A DNA stretch of 64,000 nt, taken from an uncultured delta proteobacterium (GTDB lineage Bacteria; Myxococcota; Myxococcia; SLRQ01). Shown here one piece after another: positions 54,171-64,000 of this stretch (position 1 is the first letter of the stretch; the number at the start of each line of letters is the position of its first letter). Under the pieces are notes generated by a model. It searched no databases, was not told where the DNA came from, and saw only the letters and a program-made list of their open reading frames with translations. The stretch covers positions 416,001-480,000 of the forward strand of contig CAVSGM010000011.1 of NCBI GenBank assembly GCA_963727485.1, read 5' to 3'. Position numbers and translations under genes: made by a program.

Positions 54171-55511
54171 ATGAGTGACACCGCGGTCTCCGCCCTTCGC
54201 CGGAAGGCCGGGGCGCACTTCGAGGCGGGCGCGTGGGAGACGGCGCTGGCCCACTATGCCGAGCTGGTGCGCCTCGAGCCCGGGGACCACCAGGCGCGGT
54301 TCCGGGCGGCCCGGTGCCTGCTCAAGCTCGGCGAGTCCGAGCGTGCGGTCACCGCCTACCACGCCGCCGCCGAGGGGCTGTTCCACAAGGGCTACCTGCT
54401 CTCGGCGATGGCCGCGTGCAAGGAGGCCCTGCGCATCAACCCGGTGGAGAAGCGGGTCAAGGACACCCTCCGGCGCATCCACGCCCGGGCCGTCGCGGAG
54501 GTGGGCCGGACCCCGGTCCCGCCGCCCCTGCCGCTCCCGGACCTCGACGACGACGAGGCCGACATCTGGAGCGCCCTCACCGGGCTCGCGGGCTCGGAGC
54601 TGGTGGATAGGGCCATGGAGATCCTCGGCCGCGCCGAGGCCACCGACGACGGCGAGGCCTCGAGCCACCGGCCCCCGCTGCCCCTCTTCGCCGAGCTCGA
54701 GCGCGAGGCCTTCGTGGACGTGGTCCTGAAGATGGACCTGCGGGACTACCACCAGGGCGAGTCCATCCTCGAGCAGGGGGCGCCGGGGGACGCGGTCTAC
54801 GTGATCTGCGCCGGCGGCGCCCGGGTGGTCCGCCGGGGCGAGGACGGCACCGAGGCCGAGCTCGCCCACCTCCCCGGTGGCACCCTGGTGGGCGAGATGG
54901 CCCTGCTCACCGACGCCCCGCGGTCGGCGTCGGTATTGGCCGAGCGCGCCAGCGAGGTCTTCGTCCTCTCCCGGCGCGACCTCGAGGAGCTGGCGCGGGC
55001 CCACCCGGCGGTCCCCCAGCAGCTCGTGGGCTTCTGCCGCAAGCGCCTGCTCGCCAACCTGGTGCGCACCTCGCCCCTCTTCCAGCCCTTCGACGCCGAG
55101 ACGCGCCTGGAGCTCCTCTCCCGCTTCACCTCCCGGGTCCACGCCCCGGCCGAGGTGATCATCCGCGAGGGGCAGACGGGGGAGGGGATGTCGGTGATCC
55201 TCACCGGCGAGGTCCAGGTCACCCGCCAGGACGCCGACGGCGAGCCGGTGCACCTGGCCACCCTCCGCGAGGGCGACGTCTTCGGGGAGATCGCCCTGGT
55301 CCGCGACGAGCCCGCCACCGCCACGGTGCGCGCGGTGCGCAAGACCGCGGTGGTCATGCTCCCCGCCGACGACTTCGCCCACCTGGTCGCCGACCACGCG
55401 GCGGTGCGCGAGTGGATCCGCGGGCTCACCGACGACCGGCTCAGCCGCAACGCCCGGGCCATGGCCGCCCCCGCCGAGGCCGTCTCCGAGGACGACCTGG
55501 TCGTGCTCTAG
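54171..55511 (+). CDS. TPR protein with two cyclic-nucleotide-binding domains
   Basis: N-terminal TPRs; cNMP motifs EQGAPGDAVYVI...GEMALLTDAPRSASV and REGQTGEGMSVI...FGEIALVRDEPATATV. Confidence 0.88.
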   Translation: MSDTAVSALRRKAGAHFEAGAWETALAHYAELVRLEPGDHQARFRAARCLLKLGESERAVTAYHAAAEGLFHKGYLLSAMAACKEALRINPVEKRVKDTLRRIHARAVAEVGRTPVPPPLPLPDLDDDEADIWSALTGLAGSELVDRAMEILGRAEATDDGEASSHRPPLPLFAELEREAFVDVVLKMDLRDYHQGESILEQGAPGDAVYVICAGGARVVRRGEDGTEAELAHLPGGTLVGEMALLTDAPRSASVLAERASEVFVLSRRDLEELARAHPAVPQQLVGFCRKRLLANLVRTSPLFQPFDAETRLELLSRFTSRVHAPAEVIIREGQTGEGMSVILTGEVQVTRQDADGEPVHLATLREGDVFGEIALVRDEPATATVRAVRKTAVVMLPADDFAHLVADHAAVREWIRGLTDDRLSRNARAMAAPAEAVSEDDLVVL

Positions 55512-55529
55512 GCCCGCCGCGGGCGGCGC

Positions 55530-56808
55530 CTATCGCTGCCGGGGGATCGGCGGGGTCTCGGGCTCCGCCGCCGGTGCGGCCGGCGCGGCGCCGGCGCTGC
55601 CGGATCCCGGGTCGCCACCGGAGGCGGTGTCGGTGCCGCTCGAGGTCCCGGCCGAGGCGCCCGCGCCGCCGACCTGGATGAGGAAGTCGTCGGAGGCGTG
55701 GGTCTTGGGGTCCCGGGCGTGGATGACGCACTTGTGGGTCCCCGGGGCCACGTGGAGCTTGAGGCGCCGCTTGCTCGGGGCGTCGAGGAGCTCGACCTTC
55801 CCGCAGGGCACGTCCCACTCGGGCTCGAAGCCCTGGATTCTCGCTGCCGTCGGGGCGGAAGGCGTGGGCCTCGAGCTCGAGGGTGTTCTGGCCGCCCTGG
55901 AGGACCACGCCGTCGGCCTCCCGCCCGCCCCCGAAGGTGATGGCCACCCGCACCGGGGGCCGCGGCCGCTGGCCCCGGACCACCGTGACCTGGTCGTGCT
56001 TGCCGGTCATCCCCTCGTAGAGGAAGACGCGGCAGCGGTCGGTGCCGGCGGCGAGGGTGAAGGTGATCTGCTTCTGCCGGGGGTCGGAGATCTTCCCGCA
56101 GCTCGCCGACCACATGGGGAAGAAGTGGGAGACCTCCGAGAGCACGGCGGAGCCCTCGGGGGCGGCGTAGGCGACGGCCTTGAGCTGCACCGAGTCCTCG
56201 CCCACCGCGGTGGTGACGGTGTCGGGCTTGGACTGGCCGAAGAAGATCTGCACCTGCTGCACCGGCCCGAACTTGGGGCCCTTCGGCTTGGCCTCGGCCT
56301 TGGCCTTCTCGGCGTCGGCGTCGGCGTCGGGCAGCGGCACCCCCCGGCGGCCCTCGAACTTCCAGAACTGGTAGGTGATGCCGTTCTTCTCGGTGCCGTC
56401 CATCCGCACCAGCTTGAAGTAGCGGTCGAAGTGGCTCATGAGCATCAGGGCCTTGGCCCGGGCCACGGTGGAGCCGGTGGGCCAGGACGCCTCGGTGAAC
56501 CACACCCCGGTGGGGCGGTCGGGCCAGGCGGTCGCCTTCTCCTCGCAGGGGCTGCAGCGGCTCTGGGACACCAGGTTGCCGGTCTTGCCGTCGAGGATCT
56601 GGGTGAGGCCGGTGACCTTCACCGAGCCGTCGCTCATGTTGGTGACCGCGTGGGTGAGGATGCGGACCTTGAGGACGTGGCCTTGGCTGTCGGCGGCGTG
56701 GGCGGCCTCGATCTGCGCCTTGTAGCGGCTGGGGACGAAGGTGTCCTGGGCCGTCGCCGGGAAGGTCACGGCAACGAGGCTGGCGAAGACGAGGGCACGC
56801 ACGAACAT
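55530..56808 (-). CDS. Secreted hypothetical protein with two repeated Cys-pair beta domains; +1 frameshift at about 55837-55839
   Basis: GGAGGT RBS; signal peptide MFVRALVFASLVAVTFPATA|Q. Removing one base gives GSEIQGFEPEWDVPCGK and joins ORF 55530..55811. Confidence 0.65.
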
Positions 56809-56931
56809 CTGGACCTCCGGCGGAGACGGCTGGGCAGCGGCGACGTTATCGCAAGACGCCGGTGAGGGGCAGAATCCGGACGGGTGGGACGCAGGGCGGC
56901 CCGGGTGATTCAAGGCGCCGCCGCGTCGTCC

Positions 56932-58570
56932 CTACTTGCGCTTCTTGTTCTTCCGGCTCTTCTGCCGGGCCTTCTTCTCGGCCTTGCGCTTGTTCTTCTT
57001 CTTGTCGCGCTCGGCCCGGGAGATGGTCTTGGGGGCGTTCTGCTCCTGGAGCCCGAACATCCGCGCCCGGTCGATCTGGGCCTGGGTCATGCCCAGGGTG
57101 GGGTCACCGTCGCCGGCCAGCCCGGGCATCCCCAGGCCCGGCATCCCGCCCCCAGGGCCGAAGAGGCCGGCGAGCTCGTCCTCGTGGCCCTTGAGCTGCT
57201 TGAGGGCGGCGAGGTTGCGCATCCCCGGGAGGCGCGAGAGGAGACCGGCGCCGCCCATGGGGCCGATCTTGCGGAAGAGGTCGCGCATCCCCCGGAAGCG
57301 CTCGAGGAGGCCCTTGACGTCGGCCTCCTTGGTCCCCGAGCCGCCGGCGATGCGCTTGGTGCGCGAGGCGTCGATGAGCTCGGGCTTCGAGCGCTCCTGG
57401 CGGGTCATGGAGCCGACCATCGCCTCCACCCGGCCCAGCTCCCGGTCGTCGATTCTGGAAGCCCTCGGGGAGGTCGCCGAAGAGGGGGAACTTCTCGAGC
57501 AGATCCGAGAGCGAGCCCATCTTCTGGATGGTCTTGATCTGCTTGACGAAGTCGTCGAGGTCGAAGTCGCCGGAGAGGATCTTCTCCGCGTCCTTCTCCG
57601 CCTCCTCCTCGTCGACGTGGGCCTCGAAGTCCTGCATCAGGCCCACGATGTCGCCGAAGCCGAGGATGCGGCTGGCGAGGCCCTCGGGGCGGAAGTCCTC
57701 GAGCTTGTCGAGGCTCTCGCCCATGCCCAGGAACTTGATGGGCTTGCCCGTGACCTCCTTGATCGAGAGGGCGGCGCCCCCGCGGGCGTCGCCGTCGAGC
57801 TTGGTCATCACGAAGCCGGTGAGCTCGAGACGCTTGTTGAAGGCGTCGGCGGTGCGCACCGCGTCCTGGCCGATCATGGCGTCGCAGACCAGGAGGATGT
57901 TCTCGGGCGAGGTCCTGGCCTTGACCTCCTCGAGCTCGTGCATCATCTCCTCGTCGATGGCGAGGCGCCCGGCGGTGTCGAAGAGGATGACGTCGCGGCC
58001 CTGCTTCTTGGCGACCTCCACCGCCTTCTGGCACAGCTCCGGCGGCGGGGTCCCGGCCTCGGCGAAGACCGGCACCTCGAGGCGGGCGCCGAGCTGCTGG
58101 AGCTGGTCCACCGCGGCGGGGCGGTAGACGTCGGCGGCGACCAGCAGCGGCGTGTGCCCCTCCTTGATGAGCTTGTTCGCCAGCTTGGCGGTGGTCGTGG
58201 TCTTCCCGGAGCCCTGGAGGCCGACCATCATGATCTTGGTCGGGCCCTTCTTGGCGTAGTCGAGGCCCGGCTCCACCGGCCCCATCAGGGCCTCGAGCTC
58301 GTCGTGGCAGATCTTGATGAAGTGGTCCGAGGGGCTGACCTGGACCTTGTTGCCGCCCTTGGCCTTGGCGGAGGTCTTCACCACCTCGCCCAGGGCCTTC
58401 TCCTTGACCCGGTTGACGAAGGTCTTGGCGACGGTGAAGTCGACGTCGGCCTCGAGGAGGGCGACGCGGATGTCGCGCACCGCCTCGGCGATGCCCTCCT
58501 CGGTGATCTCCTTGCGGCCGGCGAGGCGGTTCCGGGCGGCCTTGAACCCTCTAGAGACGGTCTCCAGCAT
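56932..58570 (-). CDS. ffh: Signal recognition particle protein Ffh; +1 frameshift at about 57452-57454
   Basis: ALLEADV, GLQGSGKTTT, DTAGR, TKLDGDARGG and RILGFGD motifs; the M domain (SMTRQER...SRTKRIAGGSG) is in the next frame, restored by deleting one base. Confidence 0.95.
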
Positions 58571-58775
58571 GGGGCGCTCTTAGCACGCGGCGGCGGGGTG
58601 GTGAAAGCGTCGCGTCACCGAGGGGAACCGCCGCCGGGCCCCGGGGGATTCCGCGGACGCCGGTGCGTAGGCCCCTTCGCACCCGGCCCCGGGGTGCGAT
58701 CCCGGCTACGCAGGGCCCGAGTGGTCAGACCATCCCAAGAGCCCGGGACGACGCAGGATTTCTGGTGGGGCCCCG

Positions 58776-58791
58776 TGGCATGACCGGTGCA
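58776..58791 (+). promoter_or_regulatory. Putative sigma54 (-24/-12) promoter
   Basis: TGGCATGACCGGTGCA has the GG-N10-GC spacing and resembles TGGCACG-N4-TTGCW. Confidence 0.45.
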
Positions 58792-58805
58792 CCTTGCGGC
58801 GACCC

Positions 58806-59687
58806 ATGGAACGCAGGCTCGTCGTGAATGGGGATGACTTCGGGATGACCCCCGGTGTGAGCCGGGGCATCGCCCGGGCCTTCGATGAGGGCATCCTCAC
58901 CAGCGCCTCGATCATGGCCGGGATGCCCGGCTTCGACGAGGCCGTGTCCCTCGCCCGGGTCCGCCCGGGCCTCGGCGTCGGCCTCCACCTCAACCTCACC
59001 GACGGGCCCCCGGTGCTCCCCAGCGACCAGGTGCGCTCGCTGGTGGACGACAAGGGCACCTTCCTCGGCTACCGGGCCTTCACCCTCCGGCTCCTCTCGG
59101 GGCGGGCCAGCCGCGACGAGATCCGCGCCGAGATCGCCGCGCAGATCCTCCGGGCCGAGGCCGCGGGGCTGACCCTGGGCCACCTGGACGGTCACCGCCA
59201 CGTCCACCTCCTGCCGGTCCTCTTCGACCTGGTCGCCGAGGCGGCGGTGAAGGCGGGCATCCCCTACGTCCGCTGCCCGGCGGTGGTCGGGGGCAAGGGC
59301 CTCCCCGCGGGGATCATGGCCCCGCGCAAGCTCGGCCTCGCCGGCTTCGGGCGCCTCCACTACGGTCGCCTGGTGGAGCGCGGGCTCGCCACCGCCGACT
59401 GCTTCCTCGGCACCACCCGCGGGGGCACCGTCGACGCCCTCCGCGAGGCCGCCGGCCGCCTCGGCGAGTGCCCCGGGGGCGTGACCGAGTGGATGGTCCA
59501 CCCCGGAGAGGTGGACGCCCCCCTGATGTTCCTCGACGACTACCTCTGGCCCCGCCAGGAGGAGCTCGCCTGGCTGGTGAGCGACGAGGCCCGGGAGGCC
59601 ATCGACGCCGCCGGGTGCCGCCTGGTGAACTTCCGGGGTGTGCCCAAGCTCCAGGCCGTCGAGGGCCTCGCCGGCACCGCCGCCTAG
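58806..59687 (+). CDS. ChbG/HpnK/YdjC-family carbohydrate deacetylase
   Basis: VNGDDFG, GLHLNLT, HLDGHRHVH and EWMVHPG motifs. Confidence 0.9.
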   Translation: MERRLVVNGDDFGMTPGVSRGIARAFDEGILTSASIMAGMPGFDEAVSLARVRPGLGVGLHLNLTDGPPVLPSDQVRSLVDDKGTFLGYRAFTLRLLSGRASRDEIRAEIAAQILRAEAAGLTLGHLDGHRHVHLLPVLFDLVAEAAVKAGIPYVRCPAVVGGKGLPAGIMAPRKLGLAGFGRLHYGRLVERGLATADCFLGTTRGGTVDALREAAGRLGECPGGVTEWMVHPGEVDAPLMFLDDYLWPRQEELAWLVSDEAREAIDAAGCRLVNFRGVPKLQAVEGLAGTAA

Positions 59688-59712
59688 CCTGCCATCCCGC
59701 CCGGCCCGCCGC

Positions 59713-59751
59713 CCCGACCCGGTCGTCGGAGCGCCGCGGGTCGGGCGTCTT
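59713..59751 (+). terminator. Possible hairpin terminator after the deacetylase gene
   Basis: 9-bp stem cccgacccg/cgggtcggg with a 15-nt loop and only a weak T tail. Confidence 0.25.
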
Positions 59752-59786
59752 GTGACCCGCCGCGGCCCCACGGTAGGCTCGCTCCG

Positions 59787-61211
<1,425 letters not shown>

Positions 61212-61257
61212 CCCGTCGCCCTGGTGGCCGGCGACGCCTGCGCTACACTCTCCCCCG

Positions 61258-61626
61258 ATGGCCAGCACCGTCCTCGCGGTCGACGACGACCCCTTCATCC
61301 TCAAGGTCCTCGAGCGCTACCTCGATCCCGAGGGCCTGGAGGTGGTGCCGGTGGGCACCGGCGAGGCCGCCCTGGCCCGGGCCGCCAAGGGGGGCATCGA
61401 CCTGGTCATCCTCGACCTCCACCTCCCCCAGCTCGACGGGTTCGAGGTCTGCCGCCGCCTCAAGGCCGACGAGGCGACCCGGCGCATCCCGGTGATCATG
61501 CTCACCGCCGCCCACGCCCGGGAGGCGGACAAGGGCTACGACGCCGGGGCCGACGCCTACATGGCCAAGCCCTTCCTCCGACGCTCGCTGCTCTACAACG
61601 TCCGCACCCTCCTCCAGGAGGCATGA
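61258..61626 (+). CDS. Single-domain response regulator (receiver)
   Basis: AVDDD, LDLHLPQLDG, MLTA and AKPF motifs. Confidence 0.92.
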   Translation: MASTVLAVDDDPFILKVLERYLDPEGLEVVPVGTGEAALARAAKGGIDLVILDLHLPQLDGFEVCRRLKADEATRRIPVIMLTAAHAREADKGYDAGADAYMAKPFLRRSLLYNVRTLLQEA

Positions 61627-63734
61627 CCCGCGCCGTGTCCGAGGTCCGCCACGGCGCGGCGGGGACGCCGCCCTTTCCCCCGGCCCCGGTGACGCTGGGC
61701 GACGACGGCCTGGTGGCCGCCGGGCACACCGTGCCCCTGTGGTCCGGGTCCATCCACTACTGGCGCCTGGCCCCCAGCGCCTGGCCCGCGGCCCTCGACG
61801 AGATGGCGCGCCTGGGCCTGCGGATGGTGTGCACCTACGTCCCCTGGGCCGAGCACGAGGTGGCCCCGGGCGCCTACGACTTCGGGGACACCGACCCCCG
61901 GCGCGACGTCGCCCGCTTCCTCGACCTCTGCGCCGACCGGGGCCTCGCGGTGATCCTCCGCCCCGGGCCCCACGTGAACGCCGAGCTCACCGGCTTCGGC
62001 TTCCCCGAGCGGATCCTCGCCGACCCGGCGTGCCAGGCGCGCTCCAGCCGCGGCGACCCGGTGCTGGTCCCGGCGCCGCCCCAGGCCTTCCCGGCGCCGA
62101 GCTTCGCCTCCCCGGTGTTCCGCGAGGAGACCCGCCGGTGGATCCGGGCCTTCGCCGAGGTGGTCCGCCCCTACCTCCGGGGTCGCGGGGGGCCGGTGGT
62201 GGCGGTGCAGGCGGACAACGAGGCGAGCTTCTTCTTCCGCACCGGGGCCTTCGACGGGGACTACGCCCCGGCGGCGGTGGCGCGGTGGCGCAAGTGGCTC
62301 GCGGCCCGCTACCACGAGGACCTCGACGCGGTGAACCGCGCCTACGGCACCGACTGGCGCCGCTTCGACGACGCCACCCCGCCGGTGGCCCTCGAGGGCC
62401 ACCTCCGCCGGGACCTGATGCCCGGCCTCGACTGGCTGCGCTTCAAGGAGACCCTGGTCTCGGGCTTCGTGGGGGCGGTGGCCACCATGCTCCGGGACGC
62501 GGGGATCACCGACGTCCCGCTGCTCCACAACTTCGCCATGACCGAGGGGCTCACCCCCTCGGACCTCGGGGAGATGGGCCGGGTGGTGGACCTGGTGGGC
62601 ATCGACCTCTACCACCCGCGGTCCCAGTTCGGGCTGGTGCGCGAGAGCCTGCTGGCCCTCGGCGGCCTCTCGCGCCTGCCCTTCGTCCCCGAGCTCGGCG
62701 CCGGGGCGCCCTGGTACATGCCGGCCCTCTCCATCGAGGACGGGCGCCAGCTCCTCCTGGCGTCGCTCGCCTACGGCGCCCGGGCGGTGAACCTCTACAT
62801 GATCGTCGACCGGGACCGGTGGTACGGCGCGCCCATCAGCCCCCACGGGGTGCGCCGGGAGCCCATCGCCCGCTTCTACCAGGACGCCCTGGAGGCGGTG
62901 GGGCGCGCCGCCTGGCACCGCACCCGGCGCCCGGCGCGGGCCGCGATCTTCGACAATCGGGCCTACGGTCGCCTCGCCACCCTCACCAGCCCCTGGGAGC
63001 CGCTCCCCGCCGGGCTCTTCCGGCTCCTGGGCTTCGGCCCCGAGGGCATCGCCGGGGAGACGGCGCCGGGCTACGGCACCTCGCCTGCGATGATCGTCGC
63101 CCGGGCGCGGGCGGTCCTCGCCGAGGCCCTGGACCGCACCCGCCTCGCCTGGGTGTCCACCACCGACGCCGCCGACCCCGAGCGCCTCGAGGCGCTGGAC
63201 CTGCTCTGCGTCCCGGCGGCGGGGCTCCTCTCCGAGTCCGCCCAGGGCCGGCTCCTGGCCCGGGCCCGGGCCGGGGCCACGGTGATCCTGGGCCCCGAGC
63301 TCCCCACCGAGGCCGAGGGCGGGGTCGAGGTCACCGTCCTGGCCGGCGGGATCGAGGGCCGGCCCGAGGCCTTCGAGGAGCCCGTGGTCCACCGGATCCA
63401 CCGCTGCGGCGCCGGCCGGGTGGTGGAGGTGCCCGCCCTCGACACCCTCCCGGCGGCGGGGGTGGCGGCGCTCCTCGAGGCGGTGGTGGGCGAGCTGGAC
63501 CTCCCCCGGGATCCGGCCACCGACGCCGGCCCCGAGGTCGACGCCCTCTGGCACCTGGGGCCGGACGACCGGCGGTTCGTGGCCCTGGTGAACCGCGGCG
63601 GCGCCCCCGCCGAGGCCGCCGGCGAGCTGACGCCCCTGGCGCTCACCGACCTGGTGACCGGCGATCGCATCGCCGCCGGGGACCCGGTGCCGCTGGCCGC
63701 CCGCACCGTGCGCCTCCTGGAGGTGACGCCGTGA
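61623..63734 (+). CDS. Beta-galactosidase-like glycoside hydrolase (GH35/GH42-like)
   Basis: ATGA overlap; SGSIHYWR, TYVPW, LRPGPHVNAE and QADNE (acid/base) motifs; LNxAYGT-like segment. Confidence 0.82.
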   Translation: MTRAVSEVRHGAAGTPPFPPAPVTLGDDGLVAAGHTVPLWSGSIHYWRLAPSAWPAALDEMARLGLRMVCTYVPWAEHEVAPGAYDFGDTDPRRDVARFLDLCADRGLAVILRPGPHVNAELTGFGFPERILADPACQARSSRGDPVLVPAPPQAFPAPSFASPVFREETRRWIRAFAEVVRPYLRGRGGPVVAVQADNEASFFFRTGAFDGDYAPAAVARWRKWLAARYHEDLDAVNRAYGTDWRRFDDATPPVALEGHLRRDLMPGLDWLRFKETLVSGFVGAVATMLRDAGITDVPLLHNFAMTEGLTPSDLGEMGRVVDLVGIDLYHPRSQFGLVRESLLALGGLSRLPFVPELGAGAPWYMPALSIEDGRQLLLASLAYGARAVNLYMIVDRDRWYGAPISPHGVRREPIARFYQDALEAVGRAAWHRTRRPARAAIFDNRAYGRLATLTSPWEPLPAGLFRLLGFGPEGIAGETAPGYGTSPAMIVARARAVLAEALDRTRLAWVSTTDAADPERLEALDLLCVPAAGLLSESAQGRLLARARAGATVILGPELPTEAEGGVEVTVLAGGIEGRPEAFEEPVVHRIHRCGAGRVVEVPALDTLPAAGVAALLEAVVGELDLPRDPATDAGPEVDALWHLGPDDRRFVALVNRGGAPAEAAGELTPLALTDLVTGDRIAAGDPVPLAARTVRLLEVTP

Positions 63735-64000
63735 TCGGCCACGACGTGCAGGTGGTCGACCTCGAGGGCGGGCAGCTCCGGCGCCTGATGAGCTGGCTCG
63801 AGCCCGACGAGGGCGCCGGCGACGGCGGCGGGGTGCTCCTCATCGTCCACCGGGGGCCCGAGGTCCTCAAGGTGATGCACGGGGCGAGGCGCCTGCCCCC
63901 CTCGGCGGTGGACTTCACCGGCCCCAAGGATCTCCCGGTCCTGCGCAAGCGCTTCGGCGCCGCGGTGGCGGTGGCGCTGGCCCACGACGCCGTCGGCGAG
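63731..64000 (+). CDS. Hypothetical protein; runs off the right edge of the window
   Basis: GTGA overlap with the upstream stop and a GGAGG RBS; open frame MIGHDVQVVDLEGGQLRRLMSWLEP... to the window end. Confidence 0.55.
   Translation, partial: MIGHDVQVVDLEGGQLRRLMSWLEPDEGAGDGGGVLLIVHRGPEVLKVMHGARRLPPSAVDFTGPKDLPVLRKRFGAAVAVALAHDAVGE

Noticed and set aside
24954..57455. Programmed ribosomal frameshifting at the GAATC/GATTC sites
   Set aside because: No slippery heptamers or shared downstream structure; the affected genes are unrelated and both motif orientations occur on coding strands.
14596..58570. Calling the eight frameshifted genes pseudogenes (decay of the motility system)
   Set aside because: All are single +1 events, mostly at one motif, and include ffh. 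There are no nonsense codons or deletions, so sequencing error is more parsimonious.
58571..58805. SRP (4.5S) RNA or a riboswitch beside ffh
   Set aside because: The conserved SRP helix-8 CAGG...GGAA...AGCAG pattern is not visible; only GC-rich stems without diagnostic motifs.

Overview
Very GC-rich bacterial DNA, almost certainly a myxobacterium-like member of Myxococcota. The centre (about 22.3-49.7 kb) is a contiguous Agl-Glt-type gliding-motility transducer locus: cglC/gltK divergent from gltB-gltA-gltC-gltD-gltE-gltF-gltG-gltH-gltI-gltJ. In Myxococcus xanthus these genes sit in two separate clusters (G2 and G1). The locus is followed by two tandem paralogous FHA-TM-TPR genes and a TPR/cyclic-nucleotide-binding gene, and preceded by a PlpA-like PilZ gene. 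The left flank holds a TamB/Omp85/TPR-lipoprotein cluster, a lysophospholipase, a Ser/Thr kinase, a Cys-rich Ig-like lipoprotein, thrB, an M23 peptidase and a membrane metallopeptidase-like gene. The right flank holds ffh, a ChbG/YdjC deacetylase, an NtrC-type regulator, a receiver protein and a beta-galactosidase-like gene. Eight genes carry single +1 frameshifts; six of these turn GATC into GAATC or GATTC, which most likely reflects base-calling errors at modified DNA rather than pseudogenes. I found no rRNA, tRNA, CRISPR array or mobile element. All family assignments come from motif recognition by eye; no database search was run.
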